Shown here piece by piece: positions 17,887 to 24,706 of a stretch of DNA of 43,183 nucleotides; the stretch's first letter is position 1; each line of letters begins with the position of its first letter. The DNA comes from Oribacterium sp. Lineage in GTDB: Bacteria; Bacillota; Clostridia; Lachnospirales; Lachnospiraceae. The notes below the pieces were generated by a model that saw only the letters and a list, made by a program, of their open reading frames with translations, was not told the origin of the DNA and made no database searches. The DNA is taken from assembly GCA_963592375.1 (NCBI GenBank), contig CAVAXR010000001.1, positions 1 through 43,183 on the forward strand, in the 5' to 3' direction. Position numbers and translations under genes: made by a program.

Positions 17887-18206
17887 TTTCTCCTCCTTAG
17901 GGGATGCTTCCACCCTTTCACCTTCTCGATATGCTCCACGCCGACCAGGATGTCCTCATCCTTCATACAGTTAATCAAGTCTTCAATGGAGATATCGCCG
18001 TCATTCAGCTCGTTTGAGAGCTTGTTCGCATGGTCAAGGAGCCTGTACAGGCGTTTCTCGCCGAAGCCGAACTGGTCATGCGCCGCCTGCAGCATACAGA
18101 TGAGCGCGATCGAGTAGGCTGTAGTCACGTTGCGCTCCAGCACCTGCCTCAGCTCGGACTCCTTCATGCTGATGTTCGCGTTTACCTTCTTTGCCACTAA
18201 AACCAC
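17883..18206 (-). CDS. hypothetical protein
   Basis: HDQFGFGEKRL motif typical of Bacillota phage early genes; the start may be the GTG at 18197. Confidence 0.75.
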   Translation of the reverse strand: MVLVAKKVNANISMKESELRQVLERNVTTAYSIALICMLQAAHDQFGFGEKRLYRLLDHANKLSNELNDGDISIEDLINCMKDEDILVGVEHIEKVKGWKHPLRRRK

Positions 18207-18499
18207 GCTCCTTCCCGCCGCTTCTTTTCTGCCAGCATCTCGCGCCGTGCCTCGTCAGCCGCGCGCCTGGTGTAGGTTTCCTGCACGTCCGTCAAGCCCA
18301 AAAGCCAGTCTGCCGACACCTCAAGCGCCACGCATAGAAGCATCAGCGTCTCCAGCCGGGGCTTGATGCGTCCGTACTCGATGCCCTTGGTCTGCGTGCG
18401 GGAAACGCCGGAGAAGTTTGCAAGATCCGTAATCGTCCAGCCCTTCCTCTCCCTTGCGTCCCATATGCGTTTGCCCATAAGCTCCAGGTCAAGCGTCAT
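18197..18499 (-). CDS. XRE-family HTH regulator
   Basis: GKRIWDARERKGWTITDLA...IEYG..P.LETL...LEVSADWLLGL. Confidence 0.9.
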   Translation of the reverse strand: MTLDLELMGKRIWDARERKGWTITDLANFSGVSRTQTKGIEYGRIKPRLETLMLLCVALEVSADWLLGLTDVQETYTRRAADEARREMLAEKKRREGAWF

Positions 18500-18669
18500 C
18501 TCCTAGACCCCCTCACGGCATCGATCACGTTTTTCACGGTCAGAATCGTCCAGTAGCCGACGATCAGCACCCATGCGGAGCCGCCGCGGGCGAGGATGAC
18601 CGCCACCCTCGCCGCAATAACCGCCAGCACAATGACCAGCATCGTGCTCCAAAAATCAAGAGGCTTCAC
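18496..18669 (-). CDS. small membrane protein, 57 aa, two hydrophobic segments
   Basis: Below the ORF-track cutoff. GGAGG RBS plus GTG; MKPLDFWSTMLVIVLAVIAARVAVILARGGSAWVLIVGYWTILTVKNVIDAVRGSRR; ATGA overlap with the next gene. Confidence 0.7.
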   Translation of the reverse strand: MKPLDFWSTMLVIVLAVIAARVAVILARGGSAWVLIVGYWTILTVKNVIDAVRGSRR

Positions 18670-18877
18670 TGCGCGCCTCCCGAAGCATCTCCTTGTAGAG
18701 CGCCAGCTCCTGCTTCAAGTCCCCGATCTCCCGCTCCTTGCGGTAGATCACCTTCTCCAGGTTGACGAGTGCCGTAGTCATCGCCACAACCGTGCGCCCG
18801 AAGCTCTCCGTGTCCCGGTCACCGCGCATCGCCGCCGCTGCCCGTCTGACTTCCTTCAGATTCATCTCAAACGTCAT
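18656..18877 (-). CDS. hypothetical coiled-coil protein
   Basis: Overlaps both neighbours; heptad pattern in the C-terminal half. Confidence 0.7.
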   Translation of the reverse strand: MTFEMNLKEVRRAAAAMRGDRDTESFGRTVVAMTTALVNLEKVIYRKEREIGDLKQELALYKEMLREARSEAS

Positions 18878-19128
18878 CCGTCCTCACCCTCCTCATCCTC
18901 ATGGTAATCCAGCTCACCCGTCTGAGCCGCCTCGGCAAACTCCATGCAGATATCTGCCATCTCATGAGGAGTCTTCTTCATCTCCGCCACCGCCAAGTAG
19001 AACAGCTTTGCCGTCGCTGCCAACACCGCGCCGCACGTGGCTTTCTTCTCCGGAAACGTGAGATCTGCGTTTAAACAGTCCTCGTTTTCCTCCACTGTAA
19101 GCACAAGCACGGTCTTCAGCTCACTCAT
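18874..19128 (-). CDS. hypothetical acidic protein
   Basis: GGAGG RBS; ATGA coupling with the next gene. Confidence 0.7.
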   Translation of the reverse strand: MSELKTVLVLTVEENEDCLNADLTFPEKKATCGAVLAATAKLFYLAVAEMKKTPHEMADICMEFAEAAQTGELDYHEDEEGEDG

Positions 19129-19340
19129 AATGTTTCCTCCCTGTCATAGCTTCGGGGGTTGTTGATGCCGTTCCGGACAAGTTTTGTGTTGAGTTCATAG
19201 AACTGCACGTCGGAGATCGCGCCCAGGCTGTGCGCCATTCTTACCTCGCCGTAGGTCTGATACATAAGCTCCCTGTCGCGTTCGCGCATGGCGTACTCGG
19301 TTCTCGACTTCAGATAGGCGTACGCGTCACTGTTCGTCAT
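19125..19340 (-). CDS. hypothetical protein
   Basis: GGAGG RBS before ATG 19340; overlaps its neighbours. Confidence 0.7.
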   Translation of the reverse strand: MTNSDAYAYLKSRTEYAMRERDRELMYQTYGEVRMAHSLGAISDVQFYELNTKLVRNGINNPRSYDREETL

Positions 19341-19665
19341 CGTCACCCTCCAGATCGTCCACCATCTGAAGCAGCTTCTTCACGCGGAGCTTGTCATCCC
19401 GCTCCGTGATAGCTATGATGGCATCGTGTGCGAGTGCCGCAGGATGCTCTTCCATATGCTTGGCGAAGTCCAGCAGCACCCGACCGATGAAGAACAGAAT
19501 GTGCTTTCTCTCCGTCTTCCGAAGTGTGGTCACGCTGAAGCGAAACCTATCCCCGTCTCCACAGTCGAACATCCGGCAGCTGATGACCAGCTCCTCGCCG
19601 TCCTGCGGCTCCATCTCCCTGTAGGCCTTCTTCGCTTCTTCCTTAATTTCAATCTTCTTCGTCAT
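19327..19665 (-). CDS. hypothetical protein
   Basis: AAGGAG RBS; fits the packed operon. Confidence 0.7.
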   Translation of the reverse strand: MTKKIEIKEEAKKAYREMEPQDGEELVISCRMFDCGDGDRFRFSVTTLRKTERKHILFFIGRVLLDFAKHMEEHPAALAHDAIIAITERDDKLRVKKLLQMVDDLEGDDDEQ

Positions 19666-19677
19666 CGTTCTTCTCCT

Positions 19678-19902
19678 TTACCAATCCAGTTTTCTGCCGC
19701 AGACCGGGCAGTAGTTCGCTTCAATCACGTGCTGCAGCTCGTCCGGCTCCCCGCTGCCGTTATCGCCGAAGGACGTGATGGCCAGCATGAGATTCATCGG
19801 GTAGAACTCAACTGCAAGCTGATGGCCGTTTGAACCTTCGAGGCTTATAAGCTGGTCTTCCGCGCAGAACTCGCACGGCTCAAGAGCCTTCTTCCTGGGC
19901 AT
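19678..19902 (-). CDS. small zinc-binding protein
   Basis: GGAGG RBS before ATG 19902; CEFC ... YCPVCGRKL. Confidence 0.75.
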   Translation of the reverse strand: MPRKKALEPCEFCAEDQLISLEGSNGHQLAVEFYPMNLMLAITSFGDNGSGEPDELQHVIEANYCPVCGRKLDW

Positions 19903-20122
19903 CGTCCGCATCCTCCATAATCTCGCCCGTGTCGGTGTCGGAGTGCCACGCAAGCCTGTTCCAGGCATCCAGAGCCACGTCCATGCTGTCGCAGGCCGTC
20001 TCCGTGTCGTAGACGCAGAGACTCACGCCGCACTCCGGGCACCAGACGGTTGTCCACACCCGCTCATAGCGTTTTCGCGCCTTCGTCCCGCAGCGGGGGC
20101 AGGGTTTTACTCCCCGCACCAC
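19880..20122 (-). CDS. Lar-family (restriction alleviation)-like zinc-finger protein
   Basis: KPCPRCG ... VWCPECG ... ALDAWNR pattern. Confidence 0.6.
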   Translation of the reverse strand: MVRGVKPCPRCGTKARKRYERVWTTVWCPECGVSLCVYDTETACDSMDVALDAWNRLAWHSDTDTGEIMEDADDAQEEGS

Positions 20123-20466
20123 GGCTGCACCTCGAGAAATCTGTCGCAGATATTATCGATGTAATCCATGCCGAGCCCGACAAGCTCCTCGTTCTCCGCT
20201 CCGCACAGGACAGCCGTCCCGACAATCGGATCGCGCCAGTTGTCGTGGATGTCGTAGGCCAGCTCGTTTTCGGCAAGCTCTGAGAGCTTGCCTTCCTCGT
20301 TGACCACCATCACGGGCGTGATGCCGTCCTCCGTATCGGGAAGGATCGTCCCCGCCACCTCGATGTAGCCCTCGACGATCTCCTGCAGCTCATGGAGATC
20401 AAGGATCTCAGCCGTGCGCCGCACCTCCACGCGCCCGTCAGCGTACAGAATGATAATGCCCGTCAC
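20107..20466 (-). CDS. DUF3846-like protein
   Basis: LHELQEIVEGYIE, VVNEEGK...L..N.LA, DPIVGTAVL. Confidence 0.75.
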   Translation of the reverse strand: MTGIIILYADGRVEVRRTAEILDLHELQEIVEGYIEVAGTILPDTEDGITPVMVVNEEGKLSELAENELAYDIHDNWRDPIVGTAVLCGAENEELVGLGMDYIDNICDRFLEVQPWCGE

Positions 20467-21476
20467 TTTTCAAACACTCTCTTCAGCATTTCGTTCGTAC
20501 GGTAATACGCCGCCGCAAACCAGCCCACCGCAGAGCAGACTTCATAGGTTGTTGTATCAAGCGCCTGTGCCAGATTGGCGATGCCCCGCCCCATCTCAGC
20601 CAGCGTGCTCACGACTTCCGTCTGCAGGGCACGGTCTGCCAGCTTCTCTTCGCACTTGCAGCCTTCCCTGCCGCTGCATTCGCATTCCTGCGTCTCCTCG
20701 TTCTTCACGATCTCTTCCACCGCTTCTTCATCCTCCTTCATCTGCTCCGGCTTCGTCTCAACGACATCCTGTTTCGCTTCAACGCACTCCGGCTTCGCCT
20801 CAACGCACTCCGGCTTCGCCTCAACGACATCCTCCGCTGCGTTTTCGCAGCGCTCCTCGGTCTCCGGCTGTTTCGCTTCGGTCTTCGCCCTCTTCTTCTC
20901 CCTGGTCGGGCTGATGTGGTGACGGCACTCTGCGCACAGCTGCTGCTTCGGCGCCTCCGGCGTGAACTTCGCACCGCAGACGGCGCATTCGCGGGTACCG
21001 TCCTCTCCGACCGCCGTAGCGCCCAACGCCGCTAGGTTTGCTCGGATGGGCTGCTTTGCCTGTTTGCGCCAATCCGCTGCCTTCTGCGACCGATTTCTCG
21101 GAGGAGGCTCGTTCGGGTCATGCTCGCCTTTGTAAACAATCATGCCCTGCGAGTTAAACCACGCCTTCACTTCGTCCTTGCGGTTTGCCCGGCAATCCTT
21201 GCAAATCTCGGAGCCGTTGAAGGAGGCGAAATCCTTCCCGCAGATCGCACACTGTGCTCTGACAGCGCCCTTGGACATTCCAAGTCGGATTGTCCGGCAC
21301 GTCCGGCAGTAGCGCTCCTTGCCCTTGCCCGTAAACGTCTCGCCGCAGTCTTCGCAGGTACGCTGCGAGTAAAGCCCCGGCTTGTACTCTTCCGCACTGT
21401 CGGCTCTGTCCTCCCTCAGTGCAGCCGGATCACTCAGCTCCGGCTGCCCGTTGATGATGCTCAGCACCTCGTCCAT
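20463..21476 (-). CDS. multi zinc-ribbon protein with an acidic repeat linker
   Basis: Three CxxCG-x(n)-CxxC units; 21-bp repeats encoding VEAKPEC at about 20745-20830. Confidence 0.8.
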   Translation of the reverse strand: MDEVLSIINGQPELSDPAALREDRADSAEEYKPGLYSQRTCEDCGETFTGKGKERYCRTCRTIRLGMSKGAVRAQCAICGKDFASFNGSEICKDCRANRKDEVKAWFNSQGMIVYKGEHDPNEPPPRNRSQKAADWRKQAKQPIRANLAALGATAVGEDGTRECAVCGAKFTPEAPKQQLCAECRHHISPTREKKRAKTEAKQPETEERCENAAEDVVEAKPECVEAKPECVEAKQDVVETKPEQMKEDEEAVEEIVKNEETQECECSGREGCKCEEKLADRALQTEVVSTLAEMGRGIANLAQALDTTTYEVCSAVGWFAAAYYRTNEMLKRVFEK

Positions 21477-21503
21477 TGTTTTTACCCCTTGCCCTTCCTT
21501 TCG

Positions 21504-21845
21504 TTATTTTTCCTGCAGTGCAATGCGGAAGGCATTGCCCCAACACGCCGCCCGGAGGAGCGCCTCGCCGCCGATGACATCGGGGATCTGGCGAAGGGCG
21601 TGCAGCCGGTTATAGCTCACGCAGCCCAGCACGATCCATATCACGCTGCGCAGCACGATCCACCAGTTCCGCCGGAACCAGATGATGACCTGCAAGCAGA
21701 AGATCGCGGCCGTCCTCCGTGCGGACTCTCCAAAGGTCATCTCCGACTTCCGCAATGACCGTGAGGAGCTCGTAATCTGGCGAAGGGACACCACGTCCGA
21801 CGTGAACGGGGCGTCGACATACGGTCTGACCGTGTAGGTATTCAT
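21504..21845 (-). CDS. hypothetical membrane protein
   Basis: AAGGAGG RBS; hydrophobic segment WWIVLRSVIWIVLG; a competing ATG at 21849 is in another frame. Confidence 0.55.
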   Translation of the reverse strand: MNTYTVRPYVDAPFTSDVVSLRQITSSSRSLRKSEMTFGESARRTAAIFCLQVIIWFRRNWWIVLRSVIWIVLGCVSYNRLHALRQIPDVIGGEALLRAACWGNAFRIALQEK

Positions 21846-21868
21846 GCATGCGTTCCTCCTTTTAGTGT

Positions 21869-22066
21869 TCAGTCAATGTGCCTTCCGCGCTTGCGCATCA
21901 GCTCCTTGAGCCTGTAGATCCTGCGCTTGGCACAGATTTCGTAATCATTTGCCTGTTGCTCTCCGACAGCCGGAGCGCGGATGATGCGCTCCGCCAAGTA
22001 CTCCGTGCAGCTCCCGTGGCATCCCGTGTGCCTCATCCTGCACAGGTAGCACACGGACTGTGGCAT
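21869..22066 (-). CDS. small Cys/His protein, 65 aa
   Basis: CYLC..R..GCHGSC..Y motif; starts just after the stop of the transglycosylase gene. Confidence 0.7.
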   Translation of the reverse strand: MPQSVCYLCRMRHTGCHGSCTEYLAERIIRAPAVGEQQANDYEICAKRRIYRLKELMRKRGRHID

Positions 22067-22068
22067 CT

Positions 22069-22617
22069 TTACTCCATCGTCCAGAGGATTTCTTCGGGCA
22101 TCGGCACGGGATCCGGCTCCAGAGGATCCGGCTCCGGGGGAGCCGTGTACTTCTCCATCCGCTCCGTCACCGTGCGGGAGTACCATGTCTGGTAGATTCC
22201 GTTTTTCCATTTTTCCGCAGCCCCTCCCGCTCCGAGGTTGTAGCACATCAGCGCCAGACCGAGGGCGCCGTCCGTGCGTTCCAGATGCTCATGCAGGATC
22301 GCCGCGCCGATGGTCATCGAGTCCCTGGCTGAGTACAGATCATACGTCTCCAGCCCGGCCTCCTTCGCGTAGTGCCCGGCGAAGCTCCTGTGGATGCCCA
22401 TGAGGCCTTCACACGTTCCGTTCCCGGCCTCCGTGTCCAGCCCCGACTCCGTTTCTGCGATCGCAAGGATTACGCCCTCTGGAAGCCCCCATTCGCGCTC
22501 CAGCGTGTAGGAGTATAATTCCTCATCCTTCGTCAAATCTGCGCTCTGAGCGAGTCCTGACGCCGCTGTGAGCATTCCTGCGGCCAACATCGCCGCCGCC
22601 GTTCGTCTCCAGTTCAA
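22069..22617 (-). CDS. secreted lytic transglycosylase (SLT domain)
   Basis: AGGAGG RBS plus TTG 22617; signal-peptide-like N-terminus; AIAETES, GLMGI and LMCYNLG motifs. Confidence 0.85.
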   Translation of the reverse strand: MNWRRTAAAMLAAGMLTAASGLAQSADLTKDEELYSYTLEREWGLPEGVILAIAETESGLDTEAGNGTCEGLMGIHRSFAGHYAKEAGLETYDLYSARDSMTIGAAILHEHLERTDGALGLALMCYNLGAGGAAEKWKNGIYQTWYSRTVTERMEKYTAPPEPDPLEPDPVPMPEEILWTME

Positions 22618-22774
22618 TTGTGTTCCTCCTGTTTCCTTTTCGTCCCCAGCACATGGGGCAGATGTACGCGCAGTCTGGGAATGTGGAGAGTGCTGAGATG
22701 TTCCACTCCTCCCCGCAGAAGCGGCACCTGGCATAGCGCCGTCCGCTCCTGCGGTCTTCCTTCTCCGCACTCAT
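22523..22774 (-). CDS. small zinc-finger protein
   Basis: CRFCGEEWNIS...YICPMC; ATGA-coupled to the upstream gene; its 3' tail overlaps the SLT gene. Confidence 0.55.
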   Translation of the reverse strand: MSAEKEDRRSGRRYARCRFCGEEWNISALSTFPDCAYICPMCWGRKGNRRNTIELETNGGGDVGRRNAHSGVRTRSERRFDEG

Positions 22775-22995
22775 GCGGTCATGCGCCGCGGCTCCCAGCG
22801 GAAGCGGCTGCGGCACTTCGGGCAGAAGAGCACAGGACGCGTATGCGCCGTGCGGTAATCGATCCCGTCTTCGGAGTAGATGTCCTCGCCGCAGTCCGGG
22901 CAGATGCCGTCAGCCGGGGAGAAGCAGGGGATCGCGCACCGGGCGAACTGACGAGCCTGTGCCTCAATGCAGCTCAGTCTTTCTTCCTTCGTCAT
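22771..22995 (-). CDS. small zinc-ribbon protein
   Basis: GAGGAG RBS; PCFSPADGICPDCGEDIY...CPKCRSRF. Confidence 0.75.
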   Translation of the reverse strand: MTKEERLSCIEAQARQFARCAIPCFSPADGICPDCGEDIYSEDGIDYRTAHTRPVLFCPKCRSRFRWEPRRMTA

Positions 22996-23000
22996 GGTTC

Positions 23001-23213
23001 TTACTCCTCTCCGTCTACGCCCAGGAGATCGTTGGGCGTACAGTCCAGAATCTCCGCACAGCGCATAATCATCGCATCGGTCGGAGCCTTGATGCCGACT
23101 TCCCACTGCTGAACAAGAGACGGGCTGCAGGGGATGCGCTGCGCAAGGTTTTCTCTCGACATACCCGCACGTTTGCGGTACACATAAAGCCGTTCGGAAA
23201 ATTTGCTTCTCAT
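23001..23213 (-). CDS. XRE-family HTH regulator
   Basis: FSERL..YRKRAGMSRENLA...VQQWEVG..P...ILDCTPNDLLG. Confidence 0.9.
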   Translation of the reverse strand: MRSKFSERLYVYRKRAGMSRENLAQRIPCSPSLVQQWEVGIKAPTDAMIMRCAEILDCTPNDLLGVDGEE

Positions 23214-23590
23214 CGTTTCACGTCCTTTCGCAATCTTTCAATACTTGGTGTCATCTTTTCCCAAAAGGGAAGCGCACAGCATGCTTGCCCATGCCATGCG
23301 CCGTGCTCCGAAGCACGAAGGGGAGAATTTCTGCGGGTGGGACAGGCCGGAACCCATGCGGTTTCTCATAACGACTTCCGGGTCTTGGGGAAACCCGTGT
23401 GCTCGGCTTGATACTCTGCTCTCGGCTTTTTGAATACAATGGGATGAACATATCCTTGATATGCAGGTTGCGGTCTGCATATTTGATTTTGTCTTCCTGT
23501 GGTCTTGCTCTTAGGAAAAGAACCGTTCGGCCTTCTCCCCCCGCCTCAGCCGGTTGAAATTCGCCCCTTCGCGTCCCGGATCAGGAAGTG
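23214..23590 (-). ncRNA. putative structured cis-regulatory RNA in the early transcript
   Basis: At least six hairpins, including a 12-bp stem whose two non-Watson-Crick pairs are G-U only on the - strand; no convincing ORF with an RBS. Confidence 0.4.
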
Positions 23591-23749
23591 CTATCTTGTC
23601 TTCTCCCGGGAGACTTCCTCCCGGCGTTCAAGCTCCGGCGTCCACATTGCCCGTCTGATGCAGCCCTCCAGCGTCCTCGCGATCCCGCCGAACTGAGCCT
23701 TCGGAATCTCCCGGATGCTGACCGCGCCGTCATTCGTCACAATCGTCAT
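23591..23749 (-). CDS. hypothetical protein, 52 aa
   Basis: Below the ORF-track cutoff. AGGAGG RBS; MTIVTNDGAVSIREIPKAQFGGIARTLEGCIRRAMWTPELERREEVSREKTR; directly after cro. Confidence 0.65.
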   Translation of the reverse strand: MTIVTNDGAVSIREIPKAQFGGIARTLEGCIRRAMWTPELERREEVSREKTR

Positions 23750-23751
23750 TT

Positions 23752-23973
23752 TTACGCCTCCTGTCCTGTTGACTTTACATCAATGGCAGAAAAAAGGGTC
23801 TCAATCGATACGTCCAGCGCACTCGCCACTTTTGCCAGGGTTCTTGTCGATGCGTTCTTTTCCGGGTGACGTTCCAGATAGTTGATCGTCGCGCGGGAAA
23901 GACCGCTCTTTTCGGCAAGTTCTCCCTGCGTCATGTTCCGCTTCATGCGGTTTTCACGAACGGTGTAGGTCAT
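23752..23973 (-). CDS. Cro-like HTH regulator
   Basis: MTQGELAEKSGLSRATINYLE; first gene of the leftward operon, divergent from the repressor. Confidence 0.9.
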   Translation of the reverse strand: MTYTVRENRMKRNMTQGELAEKSGLSRATINYLERHPEKNASTRTLAKVASALDVSIETLFSAIDVKSTGQEA

Positions 23974-24012
23974 CACTTCACCTCCCTACCATCCAGTAGG
24001 TTTTACAAGCAG

Positions 24013-24041
24013 AGTATACCACACCCGTTGCCCTTTGTCAA
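24013..24041 (-). promoter_or_regulatory. early lytic promoter (cro)
   Basis: TTGACA-N17-TATACT with extended -10 TG on the - strand. Confidence 0.85.
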
Positions 24042-24071
24042 GTCGATTTCCCACGGCATTTTGCACAAATC

Positions 24072-24100
24072 TTGACTTTCGTTTTTGTATCATGTATAAT
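24072..24100 (+). promoter_or_regulatory. repressor promoter
   Basis: TTGACT (24072-24077)-N17-TATAAT (24095-24100). Confidence 0.85.
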
Positions 24101-24136
24101 ATGCTTGACACATCAATTGAAAGGAGTGTCACTCCC

Positions 24137-24508
24137 ATGACTCTGAAGGACTTTCTGATACAGTACAGAACGGAACACGATCTGTCCCAGAGGCAGTTCG
24201 CAGCGATCTGCGGTCTATCTAACAGCTACATCTCCATGCTGGAGAGGGAGCGGAACCCCACCACAGGTGAAAAAATAGTCCCCACGCTGCAGGCGTTTGA
24301 AAAACTAGCCCGCGGCATGGGGATCACGCTGGAGGATATCTTTGATACGATCGAGGACACGCCGGTCGATCTGCGCTTCCACCCGGAGGGAGACGCGCCG
24401 GAGGACGAGCGGGAGCTTATTGCCGCTCTTCGCAGGATCCCGCCGGAGAAGCGGCGCGAGGCTCTGCGCTATCTGAAATATCTGGCAGCGTCGGAAGACG
24501 AAGCATAA
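24137..24508 (+). CDS. CI-like XRE repressor, 123 aa, without an S24 peptidase domain
   Basis: AAGGAG RBS; LSQRQFAAICGLSNSYISMLE HTH; short C-terminal helical hairpin ERELIAALRRIPPEKRREALRYLKYL. Confidence 0.9.
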   Translation: MTLKDFLIQYRTEHDLSQRQFAAICGLSNSYISMLERERNPTTGEKIVPTLQAFEKLARGMGITLEDIFDTIEDTPVDLRFHPEGDAPEDERELIAALRRIPPEKRREALRYLKYLAASEDEA

Positions 24509-24596
24509 GCGCGTCCCGCTCTTGTGGCGGGAGCTTGCGCAGGAATCGAAGCACCTGCAGAATGTCTCCGCTTGATACGATGAAATCGTCACGCAT
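24417..24596 (-). CDS. putative antirepressor, 59 aa, resembling the repressor C-terminal domain
   Basis: Below the ORF-track cutoff. MRDDFIVSSGDILQVLRFLRKLPPQERDALMLRLPTLPDISDSAEPRAASPAGSCEERQ; AAAGAGGG RBS; dedicated promoter. Confidence 0.65.
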   Translation of the reverse strand: MRDDFIVSSGDILQVLRFLRKLPPQERDALMLRLPTLPDISDSAEPRAASPAGSCEERQ

Positions 24597-24641
24597 ATCC
24601 GTTCCCTCTTTCTCCGTCTTTTTGTTCGATTTGTTGTCCCC

Positions 24642-24670
24642 ATAATAGCACCATATTCATCGCCTGTCAA
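24642..24670 (-). promoter_or_regulatory. sigma-A promoter for the antisense small gene
   Basis: TTGACA (24670-24665)-N17-TATTAT (24647-24642) with extended -10 TG. Confidence 0.8.
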
Positions 24671-24706
24671 GTGGAAGACGAATATTTTTTACATCGGAGG
24701 CGTACC

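Noticed and set aside
24305..24670. 121-aa minus-strand ORF from the track
   Set aside because: Its TTG start is the -35 hexamer itself and has no RBS; the 59-aa ORF in another frame fits the promoter and RBS.
24611..24700. Full LexA/SOS box at the antisense promoter
   Set aside because: Only one half-site (CGAAC) matches GAAC-N4-GTTC, so it is mentioned as a hint and not called.
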